Origin: Pseudomonadota bacterium
GTDB taxonomy: Bacteria; Myxococcota; JACRCW01; JAFGSX01
Assembly: GCA_043821645.1 (NCBI GenBank)
Contig: JBDRCO010000070.1
Span: 32,001 to 96,000, forward strand
DNA: 64,000 nucleotides
Direction of reading: 5' to 3'
The position numbers and the translations under genes were made by a program. The notes under the pieces were generated by a model. That model worked only from the letters and a program-made list of their open reading frames with translations, was not told the DNA's origin and did not search any database. Below, in pieces: positions 10,347-19,386 of this stretch (position 1 is the first letter of the stretch; each line of letters begins with the position of its first letter).

Positions 10347-11183
10347 ATGACGGCACAGCCCAGGACCAAGGTGGACTACGGCCTGCGCCTGTACCACGAG
10401 GTGTTCAAGCTCGAGGCCCTGCACTTCGGACTCTGGGCCCCAGACGACCCCGACAACCTCGACGGCCTGCGCGCAGCCCAGCGCCGCTACACCGAGCAAC
10501 TCATCGCCCTGCTGCCCCCCGGTACGCAGCGCGTGCTCGACGTGGGCTGTGGCACCGGCGCCACCGCAGCCCTGCTGGTCGAGCGCGGGATCCACGTCGA
10601 GTGCATGACTCCCGACGCCTACCAGTGCCAGGTGTTCCGGCGTGTGCGAGGTGACGCGATCCCTCTGCACCAGTGCCGGCTCCAGGACTTCCAGGCACAG
10701 CGGCTCTTTGACGCGGTGCTCATGAGCGAGAGTGCGCAGTACGTCCCCGCAGCGGAGCTGTTCGCAGCTGTCCGGCGATGCCTGGAGCCAGGCGGAGCCC
10801 TGGTGCTGTCGGACTATTTTCGCTTGCAGGCGGTCGACTACTACAAGACCACCCACGTACTCGAGGACTTTCGGGCTGCCGCCAGGTCCGCGGGTTTCAC
10901 CCAGGTCCACGAAGAGGACGTGACCGAGCGGACCCTGCCCACCTTGCACCTGGGCCTCGCCATGTACCGCGACACCATTCGCCCTGTCATCGAGATCGCG
11001 GCGGGCTTCATCAGCGAGCGTGCGCCCGTGGTCCGACGTGCGGTCGAGCTGCTGTGGCGCAAGAAGCTCAAAAAGCTCAAGTGGTACCTGTACGACAAGA
11101 CCGAGCAAAAGCTCGACGCCGAGCGCTTTGCGCGCGAGCTGCGCTATCTGTTCCTGCGCTTCGAGGCGACGCGGGACGGCTGA
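10347..11183 (+). CDS. Class I SAM-dependent methyltransferase (tocopherol/sterol-MT-like N-terminus)
   Basis: LHFGLW...AAQ, VLDVGCGTG, FDAV and LEPGG. Confidence 0.85.
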   Translation: MTAQPRTKVDYGLRLYHEVFKLEALHFGLWAPDDPDNLDGLRAAQRRYTEQLIALLPPGTQRVLDVGCGTGATAALLVERGIHVECMTPDAYQCQVFRRVRGDAIPLHQCRLQDFQAQRLFDAVLMSESAQYVPAAELFAAVRRCLEPGGALVLSDYFRLQAVDYYKTTHVLEDFRAAARSAGFTQVHEEDVTERTLPTLHLGLAMYRDTIRPVIEIAAGFISERAPVVRRAVELLWRKKLKKLKWYLYDKTEQKLDAERFARELRYLFLRFEATRDG

Positions 11184-11676
11184 GCTGGCCGTTTCTGGAC
11201 CCCCGTAGCCGGACGTCCACCTCGCTCGCTGCCAAGCGTAGGATCTGACACGAAATCGCTTTGATTCGACCCTGTTGTGGGGCCCCGCCTTCACCGGCGA
11301 GTCTTTGTGTCCTCGCAAGCTCGGAAAGAAAGCCTCACCTGGGCCCCCCACATCGAGCTCCATCAATGCGATTCGGTATGACACAGCCTGGGGCTCGTGG
11401 TCGGATCCTCGACCGTCGACGGGCCTGTGCGCCACCACAAAGCAACTCCAGCGCCCCTGCGATGGTCTCATCGGTCAAAGCGATGACATCACAAGAACCT
11501 CATGATTCTCGAGGTCATCACACCTTGGAGGGGTCGAGCGCCGGCCCATCGGTCAATCGACGGAGATCAAGCCTGCGCAGGTCGCGGTAGTGAAAGGTAC
11601 CACACGTCGAGTGCCATTCATGGCACGACGGGGCTGTCCGCGGCGACCCAGAGACAAGGTCGCAAGGAAGGGATCG

Positions 11677-12555
11677 ATGAGAAGCTCACCACGACCCATG
11701 CCTGCGCTGGTGGCCACTGTGGCACTGACCCTGGCGGCCACGAGCGCGGCGCAGTCCACCCCGCCGCGCCTGCTCCATCCGCTGGACCATCCGACGGCAC
11801 GCCTGGCCAGTCTGCACATGCCGATGAATCTGGCCTTCGTGGCACAGGCCTCGTCGGGCCCCGTGTGGACCGCCCAGGGTCTGTGGCAGGCCAAACCTGC
11901 TGGCCTGCATGGTCTGCAAGCGGTGCAGGACGCCAGCCCTGCCAATGACCCGGTGTGGGACCCGAGCTCGCGCGCCTGGTACGCATATGTCTATGGCGCC
12001 CTGGTCAGGGTCGAGCCCGAGGGCAGCCTGCCAGTGGTCCTCGAGTCGCTACCCGGCCACGACTTCGATGTGCGCGCGGCCCGCGGGCTCGTGGTCTACC
12101 GGGATCCGAACAGGGATCAGCTCGTCCTGCAGCGCCTGGGGCCACGGGGTGGGCGCCGCGTGCTGCTCGAGGGAGAGTTCTACAACCCGCGATTCTCGCC
12201 CGACGGTACGCGCATCGCCGTGTCGCAGCTTTGCGACGGCGGCGGCCACCTGTGGTTGATCGAGAGCGAGACCGGTGTGACGCGCGACCTGGGCCGGGGC
12301 TACGACCCCGCCTGGAAGCCTGATGGCACGACCCTGCTCTTCCTGCGCCTCGACGACAACGGCCACGAGCTCACCGCCTCACACCTGTACACGTATATGC
12401 CCGGCAGTGGTGTCACCCGCCACCTCGCCACCACGCGCAGCCACCTGGTCACCCGCCCGACCTTCTCGCCGGACGGCCGCTGGATCGCCTTCGTCGACGA
12501 CGTGAGCGGCCAGGTGATGGCCTCGCCACTCCCTGAGAGCGGAGGTGCGCGATGA
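11677..12555 (+). CDS. Secreted TolB-like (PD40) beta-propeller protein
   Basis: Signal peptide, then repeats PVWDP, PRFSPDG, PAWKPDG and PTFSPDG. Confidence 0.8.
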   Translation: MRSSPRPMPALVATVALTLAATSAAQSTPPRLLHPLDHPTARLASLHMPMNLAFVAQASSGPVWTAQGLWQAKPAGLHGLQAVQDASPANDPVWDPSSRAWYAYVYGALVRVEPEGSLPVVLESLPGHDFDVRAARGLVVYRDPNRDQLVLQRLGPRGGRRVLLEGEFYNPRFSPDGTRIAVSQLCDGGGHLWLIESETGVTRDLGRGYDPAWKPDGTTLLFLRLDDNGHELTASHLYTYMPGSGVTRHLATTRSHLVTRPTFSPDGRWIAFVDDVSGQVMASPLPESGGAR

Positions 12556-14321
12556 AGGCTCGCATCCCCACCCTCGTCGTCACTTCAGTGGTCCTGGTCC
12601 TGACCCCGGCCAGCGCCCAGGCCGTGAAGACCTTCATCAACTACAGCAACCAGACCGCGAACCGGGTCTGCGCTGGCGGTGTCGAATCGACCTACGCTGC
12701 GGACAACGCCGCGCGCCTGAAAACCCTGCTCGTCGGCTACGGCTTTGACGTGCGCACCAGCGATGACTTCTATGGTTCCAACGCAGCGGCAGCGTCCTGG
12801 GGCGCCACATCGTTTCTGTCCATCCACTCGAATGCGGGTGGGGGCCACGGCGCCGAGACGCTCAAGGGCTGGTACGGCAACAGCTCCGCCTTCGCGACCA
12901 AGGTGCAAGCTGGCCTGATGTCCAAGATCCCTTTCCAGAGCCGCGGGGTGAAGAGCGGCACCTGCGGCGGTGGTCGTTGCCGGGTGCTCAACTACAGCGG
13001 CCAGACCGCAGCCCTGGTCGAGGTGGTGTTTCACGATTGCTGTACCTCGAGTGGCTACACGGGACACCCACCTTCGGAGGCGGCCTACCTGGTCAGTAGC
13101 AGTGGTCGCCAGACCATCGCCTCGGGCTTGGCCAAGGGCCTGTGTGACTATCATGGCGTGTCCTGCACGGGCTCGACCCCGCCACCGTCCAGCTTGGGTT
13201 CGCTCAAGGGCGTGGTTTACAAAAACGGCGACCTCAACCAGCATGTCGCGCCTGCAACGATCAGGCTGAGCTCCGGCGCCACCACCAGCTACAACGGCAG
13301 CAGCGTGTGGAGCTTCGACGTCCCTGCGGGCAGCAGCTACACGATCACCGCCAGCGCCGCGGGCTTTCACACAGCCACCCGAAACTGCAACGCGGTCACC
13401 GCGGGATCCATCACCTATTGCAGCATCGAGCTGGAAGCCGAGGCTCCCGCCACCAGCACAGGATTCATCAAGGGAACGGTGTACAAGAACGGCGACACCA
13501 CGGATCGCGTGGTGCCGGCGACGCTCACCCTCAGCACCGGCGCCACAGCCAGCTACACCGATGCTGGCGCGCTGTGGTCCTTCGAGGTGCCGGTGAGCGG
13601 CAGCTACGCGATGACGGCCGGCGCAGCCGGTTACGATACCGTGACCAGGAGCTGCGGGGCGGTGACGGCGGGCGCCACCACCTGGTGCAGTGTGGAGCTG
13701 GTGCCCACCGCCGCGCCCAGCAATGGTGTGCTCCAGGGTATCGTCTATCGGGACGGCAACCAGGCCAGCGTGGTCGCGCCGGCCACCGTGACGCTCAATA
13801 CCGGTTCGACTACCACCTACAACGGCATGGACGCCTGGTCCTTCACCCTGTCCCCGGCGAGCTACACCGTGACGGTCGCGGCCGACGGCTTCGCGACGCG
13901 CAGCAACGTGGCCTGTCCGATGGTGCCGGCCGGCGGTCGCGTGCAGTGTGACGTGGAGTTGCAGCCCCTGGCCGTGCCCGATGCGGGCCATGCTCAGGAC
14001 GACGCAGGCGAGGTGGAAAGCGACGCAGGCAGTGTCGGCGGCGATGCCAGCAGCGCGGACACCGGGGAGAGCACCGACGTCGGCGGCGGAGACGCGGGCA
14101 GCGATACAGCCATCGGCGGGGATGACGCGAACAGGCCGTCGGTGAGTGCCGATGTCGTCGAGCTGGGGGACGGCTTTGGCTGTGCGGCGGGTCCGGGGCG
14201 GGCGCCGGTGTGGCTCGCCCTGCCCGCTCTGCTTCTCGGCCTGGTCTGGCGGCGCCGAACCCATGCACCGGGTGCGCGGGCAGTGCTCTCGGGCGACCCG
14301 GGCCGCCCCCCTCGGCCCTGA
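12552..14321 (+). CDS. N-acetylmuramoyl-L-alanine amidase (Amidase_3-like) with three beta-sandwich repeats and a MYXO-CTERM-like tail
   Basis: Signal peptide, FLSIHSNA, ALVEVVF, three repeats of about 80 aa, a D/A/G linker and C-terminal GFGC...TM...RRR. Confidence 0.8.
   Translation: MKARIPTLVVTSVVLVLTPASAQAVKTFINYSNQTANRVCAGGVESTYAADNAARLKTLLVGYGFDVRTSDDFYGSNAAAASWGATSFLSIHSNAGGGHGAETLKGWYGNSSAFATKVQAGLMSKIPFQSRGVKSGTCGGGRCRVLNYSGQTAALVEVVFHDCCTSSGYTGHPPSEAAYLVSSSGRQTIASGLAKGLCDYHGVSCTGSTPPPSSLGSLKGVVYKNGDLNQHVAPATIRLSSGATTSYNGSSVWSFDVPAGSSYTITASAAGFHTATRNCNAVTAGSITYCSIELEAEAPATSTGFIKGTVYKNGDTTDRVVPATLTLSTGATASYTDAGALWSFEVPVSGSYAMTAGAAGYDTVTRSCGAVTAGATTWCSVELVPTAAPSNGVLQGIVYRDGNQASVVAPATVTLNTGSTTTYNGMDAWSFTLSPASYTVTVAADGFATRSNVACPMVPAGGRVQCDVELQPLAVPDAGHAQDDAGEVESDAGSVGGDASSADTGESTDVGGGDAGSDTAIGGDDANRPSVSADVVELGDGFGCAAGPGRAPVWLALPALLLGLVWRRRTHAPGARAVLSGDPGRPPRP
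13197..13962 (+). repeat. Three intragenic ~80-aa carboxypeptidase-regulatory-like repeats
   Basis: GxxKGxVY(K/R)xGx...PAT..L..G...Y....WSF......Y...A.G.....C..V.AG....C..EL occurs three times, each with two Cys. Confidence 0.85.
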
Positions 14322-14343
14322 CGGACGACGTACCAGTCAGCAC

Positions 14344-14366
14344 GTGCGGTCCGTTGATGGCCGCAC
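14344..14366 (+). terminator. Stem-loop after the amidase gene
   Basis: GTGCGG(T)C...GGCCGCAC inverted repeat just after the stop. No clear U-tract. Confidence 0.35.
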
Positions 14367-14374
14367 CACATGCC

Positions 14375-14403
14375 TTGCCCCCGTCGTCACCTCTTGCTAG
14401 CGT
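14375..14403 (+). promoter_or_regulatory. Putative sigma70-type promoter of the ligase-argF operon
   Basis: TTGCCC-17 bp-TAGCGT with an extended -10 TG. Confidence 0.4.
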
Positions 14404-14597
14404 GCTCGCGCCGACCTGCCACAATCCACGCGCCGGCACGCCCTGACGGCTCGGGCCACTCGGCGGCAGGAGGCAAGACAGAGCCTCGACGGCGCCCCTG
14501 GCCGTCCACAGCGACATCGATATGCCCACGGGATGACCCGCGTGCATCGATGCAGCCATTCTCCAAACCGGCCGCGTGGAGCCACGAGGAGAAGCCC

Positions 14598-16001
14598 ATG
14601 TCCCCCAAGCGACGAGTTCTGATCCTGGGAGCCGCTGGCCGCGACTTCCACAACTTCAACTGCGTCTTCCGCGACGACCCGGACCACGAGGTGGTGGCCT
14701 TCACCGCGGCCCAGATCCCCGACATCGACGACCGCAAGTACCCGGCCGCCCTGGCCGGTCCCTACTACCCGAACGGCATACCCATCGTGGCCGAGGAGGA
14801 AGCGCCTGCCCTGATCCGCAAGTACAAAATCGACGAGGTGGTGTTCTCGTACTCCGACGTGACCTACCAGCACGTGATGAGCCTGTCGTCGGTGGCCATC
14901 GCCAATGGCGCAGACTTCCGGCTGATCGGCCCCGCCAAGACCATGATCCCGTCGAGCAAGCCCGTGGTCTCGATCTGCGCGGTGCGCACCGGCTGCGGCA
15001 AGAGCCAGACTACCCGGCGCGTGGCTGAACTGCTCAAGGAGCGTGGCAAGAAACTTGTCGCGGTGCGCCACCCCATGCCCTACGGCGACCTCGCCAAGCA
15101 GAAGGTGCAGCGCTACGCCAAGCGCCAGGATCTGATCAAGCATCGCTGCACCATCGAGGAGATCGAGGAGTACGAGCCCCACATCGCCGCAGGCACCATC
15201 ATCTACGCCGGTGTCGATTACGAGGCCATCCTGCGCCAGGCCGAGCAAGAAGCCGATGTGGTGCTATGGGACGGCGGCAACAACGACCTGCCCTTCTACA
15301 AGAGCGACCTCGAGATCGTCGTCACCGATCCCCTGCGCGCGGGAAATGAGCTCAGCTACTACCCGGGCGAGGCCAACCTGCGCCGCGCCGACGTGGTCAT
15401 CATCAACAAGATCGACACCGCGCCGGCCGACGCCATCGAGACCGTGCGCGCCAACATTCGTGCCGTCAATCCCGACGCGGTGATCATCGACGCAGCCTCG
15501 CCGGTGATGGTGGACAACCCCAAGGCCGTACGCGGCAAGCGCGTGCTGGTGGTCGAGGATGGTCCGACCCTGACCCACGGAGAGATGAAGTTCGGTGCCG
15601 GCGTCATCGCCGCTCTGCATTACGGAGCGGCCGAGTTCGTGGATCCGCGCCCTTTTACCAAGGGCAGCATCGCCGCGACTTTCGAGAAGTACCCCGAGAC
15701 CGGAACCCTGCTCCCTGCCATGGGCTATGGCGACGAGCAGATGAAAGATCTCAAGGACACCATCGATGCCTGTGACTGTGACCTGGTCATCATCGGCACC
15801 CCCATCGACCTGACGCGCTACGTCTCTTTCAATAAGCCCAGCGTGCGCGTGCGCTACGACCTGCAGGAGATCGGCTCACCGACCCTGGTCGACGTCATCG
15901 ATGAGTTTCTGACCAAGCACGGCAAGCGCGCTGCCAAGGGCGGCAAGAAGGCGGCCACAAAGGCCGCGAAGAAGTCCCCGGCCAAGCGGGGCAAGCGCTA
16001 G
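14598..16001 (+). CDS. COG2403-type P-loop ATP-dependent ligase (cyclic 2,3-DPG synthetase/'GTPase' family), probable arginine synthetase
   Basis: GAAGRDFHNFN, FTAAQIP, AVRTGCGKSQ, RHPMPYG, EEYEPH, WDGGNND, EDGPTLTHG and LPAMGY. Ends 9 nt upstream of the OTC gene. Confidence 0.8.
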   Translation: MSPKRRVLILGAAGRDFHNFNCVFRDDPDHEVVAFTAAQIPDIDDRKYPAALAGPYYPNGIPIVAEEEAPALIRKYKIDEVVFSYSDVTYQHVMSLSSVAIANGADFRLIGPAKTMIPSSKPVVSICAVRTGCGKSQTTRRVAELLKERGKKLVAVRHPMPYGDLAKQKVQRYAKRQDLIKHRCTIEEIEEYEPHIAAGTIIYAGVDYEAILRQAEQEADVVLWDGGNNDLPFYKSDLEIVVTDPLRAGNELSYYPGEANLRRADVVIINKIDTAPADAIETVRANIRAVNPDAVIIDAASPVMVDNPKAVRGKRVLVVEDGPTLTHGEMKFGAGVIAALHYGAAEFVDPRPFTKGSIAATFEKYPETGTLLPAMGYGDEQMKDLKDTIDACDCDLVIIGTPIDLTRYVSFNKPSVRVRYDLQEIGSPTLVDVIDEFLTKHGKRAAKGGKKAATKAAKKSPAKRGKR

Positions 16002-16010
16002 GAGGAACCC

Positions 16011-16949
16011 ATGACCCGACATCTCTGTTCCGACGCCGACCTCTCGGCGGCGGACTACCTTCGCGTGCTCGACCTGGCCCAGCAGGTCAAGCGCCACCCC
16101 GAGCTGTACCGCGATGCGCTGCGCGGGCGCTCCATCGCCGTGATCTTCAGCAAGCAGTCCACCCGCACCCGGGTCTCCTTCGAGGTGGGCATTCACCAGC
16201 TCGGTGCACAGCCCCTGGTGCTGACCGCCGGTGGTTCCACGGGCATGCAGATGGGGCGCGGCGAGAGCACCCACGACACGGCCAAGGTCATGTCGCGCTT
16301 CGTCGACGCCATCGTGATCCGTACCTTCGCCCAGCAGGAAGTCGACGACCTGGCCAGGTACGGCACGGTGCCCGTGGTCAATGCCCTGACCGACGCCTAC
16401 CACCCTTGCCAGGCCCTGGCCGACATGCAGACCCTGCGCGAGCGTTTCGGGGACACCCGCGGCCTCAAGCTGGTCTACGTGGGCGCGGGCAACAACGTGG
16501 CGCACTCGCTGATGCTGGCGGGGCCCCGCGCTGGCGTCGACGTGGTGGTGGCCAGTCCCGAGAGCGTGCCCCCGGACGCGCGCATCCTCAAGCGGGCCCA
16601 GGCCGACGCCAAGGCAGCCGGCACCCAGGTCAGCGTCGAGAAAGATCCCCTCAAGGCCGTCAAGAACGCCCACGCCGTGTACACCGACACCTGGGTGAGC
16701 ATGGGCCAGGACGCCGAGGCGGAGGCCCTGCGCAAGAAGCTTCAGCGCTACCAGGTCAACCCGGCGCTCATGGACAGGGCGCGACCCGACGCGATCTTCC
16801 TGCACTGCCTGCCCGCCCACCGCGGCGAGGAGGTGGTGGACGAGGTCATGGACGGCCGCTGGTCCGCGGTCTTTGACCAGGCTGAGAACAGGCTGCACGC
16901 TCAGAAGGCCCTGCTGCTGCTGCTGCTCGGCGCGGCGTCCTGGAGCTGA
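16011..16949 (+). CDS. argF: Ornithine carbamoyltransferase
   Basis: STRT, HPCQALAD, NNV, DTWVSMG, HCLPAHRG and QAENRLH. GGAGG RBS. Confidence 0.95.
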   Translation: MTRHLCSDADLSAADYLRVLDLAQQVKRHPELYRDALRGRSIAVIFSKQSTRTRVSFEVGIHQLGAQPLVLTAGGSTGMQMGRGESTHDTAKVMSRFVDAIVIRTFAQQEVDDLARYGTVPVVNALTDAYHPCQALADMQTLRERFGDTRGLKLVYVGAGNNVAHSLMLAGPRAGVDVVVASPESVPPDARILKRAQADAKAAGTQVSVEKDPLKAVKNAHAVYTDTWVSMGQDAEAEALRKKLQRYQVNPALMDRARPDAIFLHCLPAHRGEEVVDEVMDGRWSAVFDQAENRLHAQKALLLLLLGAASWS

Positions 16950-16982
16950 GCGTGAACCTGCTCGCACGGCCACCTACCGGCA

Positions 16983-17681
16983 TCACTGCAGGGCGTCGAG
17001 CCTCCTGAACAACCACTCGTACAGACCGTATTGCAGCACCGAGCCTTGGATCAGGCGGCCACTGCGCACGATCATGTCCGGCGTCAGGACCGCGGACAGC
17101 AGGGCCAGCACCTGCACCAGCTCCGGGGGAATGAGCCAGTTACCATCCGTGGCCCCCGTCGCAGCGCCCAGCGTCGAGGCAAAGGCTTCGATCACGATCG
17201 TGACCAGGGTGATGGCGAGGACCATGTACTGGATGCCCAGGGAGAACTTGGTCAGGGGCAGGGGATGCAGCCCGAATCTGTCGAGCAGCAGAAACTTTGC
17301 CGACGAGGGCAGGAAGCCGAGCAGCGGGTACCAGGGAAGGACCAGCCAGCGCAGGCCCTGCGTGGCCCGGTAGTTCCGTATCATCGCATCCCTGGCCTCG
17401 ACGAAGCTCGCGTCGTACTCGTAGACTCGCCCGGGGAGCGCGATCTTGTCGTCGGCCGTCAGAGGTCTGAGCCAGTACAGGACCCCACCGTGCTGCGCCT
17501 CCACCGCGTCAATGGTGTAGTCGATGCCCTGGTAACGCACCCATGTCTTGCGGTAGGTCGTGGGCTGCCACTCCTGCATCTCATGGCGCGACAGGATCTG
17601 GAGACCGTCCGGTCGCAGGGTGACGACGTCAGATCCCACGCGAACGGGCTCGCTGCCCTGGTCCTCGCCCCGCTCGTTCAT
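16983..17681 (-). CDS. Hypothetical membrane protein
   Basis: ATG at 17681 (MNERG). Soluble N-terminal half followed by about 3 hydrophobic segments. Confidence 0.65.
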   Translation of the reverse strand: MNERGEDQGSEPVRVGSDVVTLRPDGLQILSRHEMQEWQPTTYRKTWVRYQGIDYTIDAVEAQHGGVLYWLRPLTADDKIALPGRVYEYDASFVEARDAMIRNYRATQGLRWLVLPWYPLLGFLPSSAKFLLLDRFGLHPLPLTKFSLGIQYMVLAITLVTIVIEAFASTLGAATGATDGNWLIPPELVQVLALLSAVLTPDMIVRSGRLIQGSVLQYGLYEWLFRRLDALQ

Positions 17682-17742
17682 CACCACCCCCGAGTGCCGC
17701 GATCCTGCGCCTGCAGCGCATCGAACCACCGGGTTTGCTGGT

Positions 17743-18642
17743 TCAGCGCGGCTGCGCCAGCACGAGCATGGAGAAGCCACCCAGCACTCGGGCCGCGACA
17801 TCCTCATCGACCGCTGCGAGCAGCCGACGCGGCCAGCGTAGCCAGCGCGCCAGACCGACCTGGTAGTGCGGCAGCTCGATGGATCCCCGGGTGTAGCGCC
17901 AGTCCACGACCTGCAGGCCCACGTCCTCGAGCAGGGCCAGTAGAGTCTCCCGGGTGAAGGCGTGCAGGTGTCCGACCCGGCGTCGCTGATCCACGAGGGG
18001 CGAGGCGCGAAGTACCGTCTGCACCGAAAGGTCCAATGGCACGTGCAGCACCAGGTGCCGGGCACGCTTCCGGTGCTGGCGCAGGAAACCGAAGACGTCC
18101 TCGACATGCTCGATGACGTCGATGAACAGGAGCAGGTCCGAGAGCCCGGCATCCGCTGTCAGCTCTCCCTCGACCACGCGCAGGCGCTCGCCCTCGCAAT
18201 GTCTGGCCAGGGCGATGGCATCCGTCGAGATCTCATAGCCCGTGAAGAGGGTCTCCGGGGCCAGCTGGGCCTGCAGCGCGCGCAAGACCTGCCCCGATCC
18301 GCAACCGACCTCGACGACATGTGCAGGCGCGAGGTCATGCTTTGTCAGCAAAGCCGCGATCTGTGCCGCCTTCCAATCTGCATCCTCCGCGTGCCAGGTC
18401 GGATTGTGTTTCAGGTAGGTGCCATCGAGGTAGGAGCGTTCGGCTGGACGGGGACTGTCAAGGGGCGCCGTGGTGCTGCCCTCCCGGCTCCGATCGGGCG
18501 GGAAGGGGGACCGTGACGATTTCCTGGCGTTGGGCGACTGCGGTGCGGGCACCCGATCCGCGCGAGGTACGGGCACCACATGCCCCTTTTCCCGTCTCAG
18601 GCTACGGCTCCGGCGGGAGCTGTCGCTGCGTCGCTTGCCCAC
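17743..18642 (-). CDS. Class I SAM-dependent methyltransferase (start uncertain)
   Basis: VVEVGCGSG, GYEIS and DVIEHVED. The first ~60 aa are low-complexity, so the true start may lie downstream. Confidence 0.8.
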   Translation of the reverse strand: MGKRRSDSSRRSRSLRREKGHVVPVPRADRVPAPQSPNARKSSRSPFPPDRSREGSTTAPLDSPRPAERSYLDGTYLKHNPTWHAEDADWKAAQIAALLTKHDLAPAHVVEVGCGSGQVLRALQAQLAPETLFTGYEISTDAIALARHCEGERLRVVEGELTADAGLSDLLLFIDVIEHVEDVFGFLRQHRKRARHLVLHVPLDLSVQTVLRASPLVDQRRRVGHLHAFTRETLLALLEDVGLQVVDWRYTRGSIELPHYQVGLARWLRWPRRLLAAVDEDVAARVLGGFSMLVLAQPR

Positions 18643-18719
18643 AATCTCCCCCGTCCAAGGCAGATGGTTCCGGCCTGCGCTTCCGCGGTCTCTCGCCGGC
18701 CTCGTCCTTTCGGCGCCGG

Positions 18720-19274
18720 CTAGTTCTTTTCATCGGCGATGCGGGTCCCCTCGAAGGTGACCTTCTCTCGCCGCTCATCCTCACTCGTGGGCTCGTCGTT
18801 GACCTGGAGGATGGTCTTGAGTTCGGCATCGATGTAGATGCGCACCTTGTCGTCGCCCGACTTCTCGACCTCGAAGATCTTGATGGTCTGGTACTCGAAG
18901 AGCTTCTCGTGCAGGTCGCCGCCGGTGGCGAAGGTCGTCTTGTCGTGCACGGCATCGCACTCGACAGCATTCTCGAGGACCAGCTTGCTGCTGAAGACCT
19001 TGAGACTCACCGGGCAGCGTGCGCCGCTGACCACGGCGTCGCTCTGCACCCCGAGTTCTACCGTGTAGGTGGTCACCGCATCGGTGCGACTCTCGTAGTC
19101 CTGGGCAAGGGTCTGCCCGCCCGAGAAGGTGCGCTCGGTGCCATCGACGTCGACCACCTCGACGCCACGGTAGGTCCCTTCCAGGCCCAGCGCATTGCCC
19201 TGGGGGAAGCAGGCGTCACTCGCCAGCAGAACCACCGCCGCAGCCACGAATGCACCAGGTCGTGTTCTTGTCAT
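18720..19274 (-). CDS. Putative lipoprotein (beta-rich, lipocalin-like)
   Basis: AGGAG RBS, signal with Cys (LASDAC), EGTY and alternating beta-strand pattern. Confidence 0.65.
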   Translation of the reverse strand: MTRTRPGAFVAAAVVLLASDACFPQGNALGLEGTYRGVEVVDVDGTERTFSGGQTLAQDYESRTDAVTTYTVELGVQSDAVVSGARCPVSLKVFSSKLVLENAVECDAVHDKTTFATGGDLHEKLFEYQTIKIFEVEKSGDDKVRIYIDAELKTILQVNDEPTSEDERREKVTFEGTRIADEKN

Positions 19275-19386
19275 GTCGAACTCCTGCACCGGAACCGCCT
19301 GCGGCGGCGGCTTGAAGGACCTGCGAATCAGATCCGCACCCAGACTGCTCCATAGAAAACCTGCTGCACTTGTTCAAGGACTGCGT

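Noticed and set aside
11621-11636. Sigma54 promoter (TGGCACG...)
   Set aside because: The GC lies one base off the required -24/-12 spacing and the TT is missing.
11261-11948. Short ORFs in and around the 11.2-11.7 kb gap
   Set aside because: No RBS, atypical composition and no recognisable motifs.
14598-16001. Cyclic 2,3-diphosphoglycerate synthetase or generic GTPase call
   Set aside because: There is no 2-phosphoglycerate kinase partner, and coupling to OTC points to arginine metabolism. Not formally excluded.
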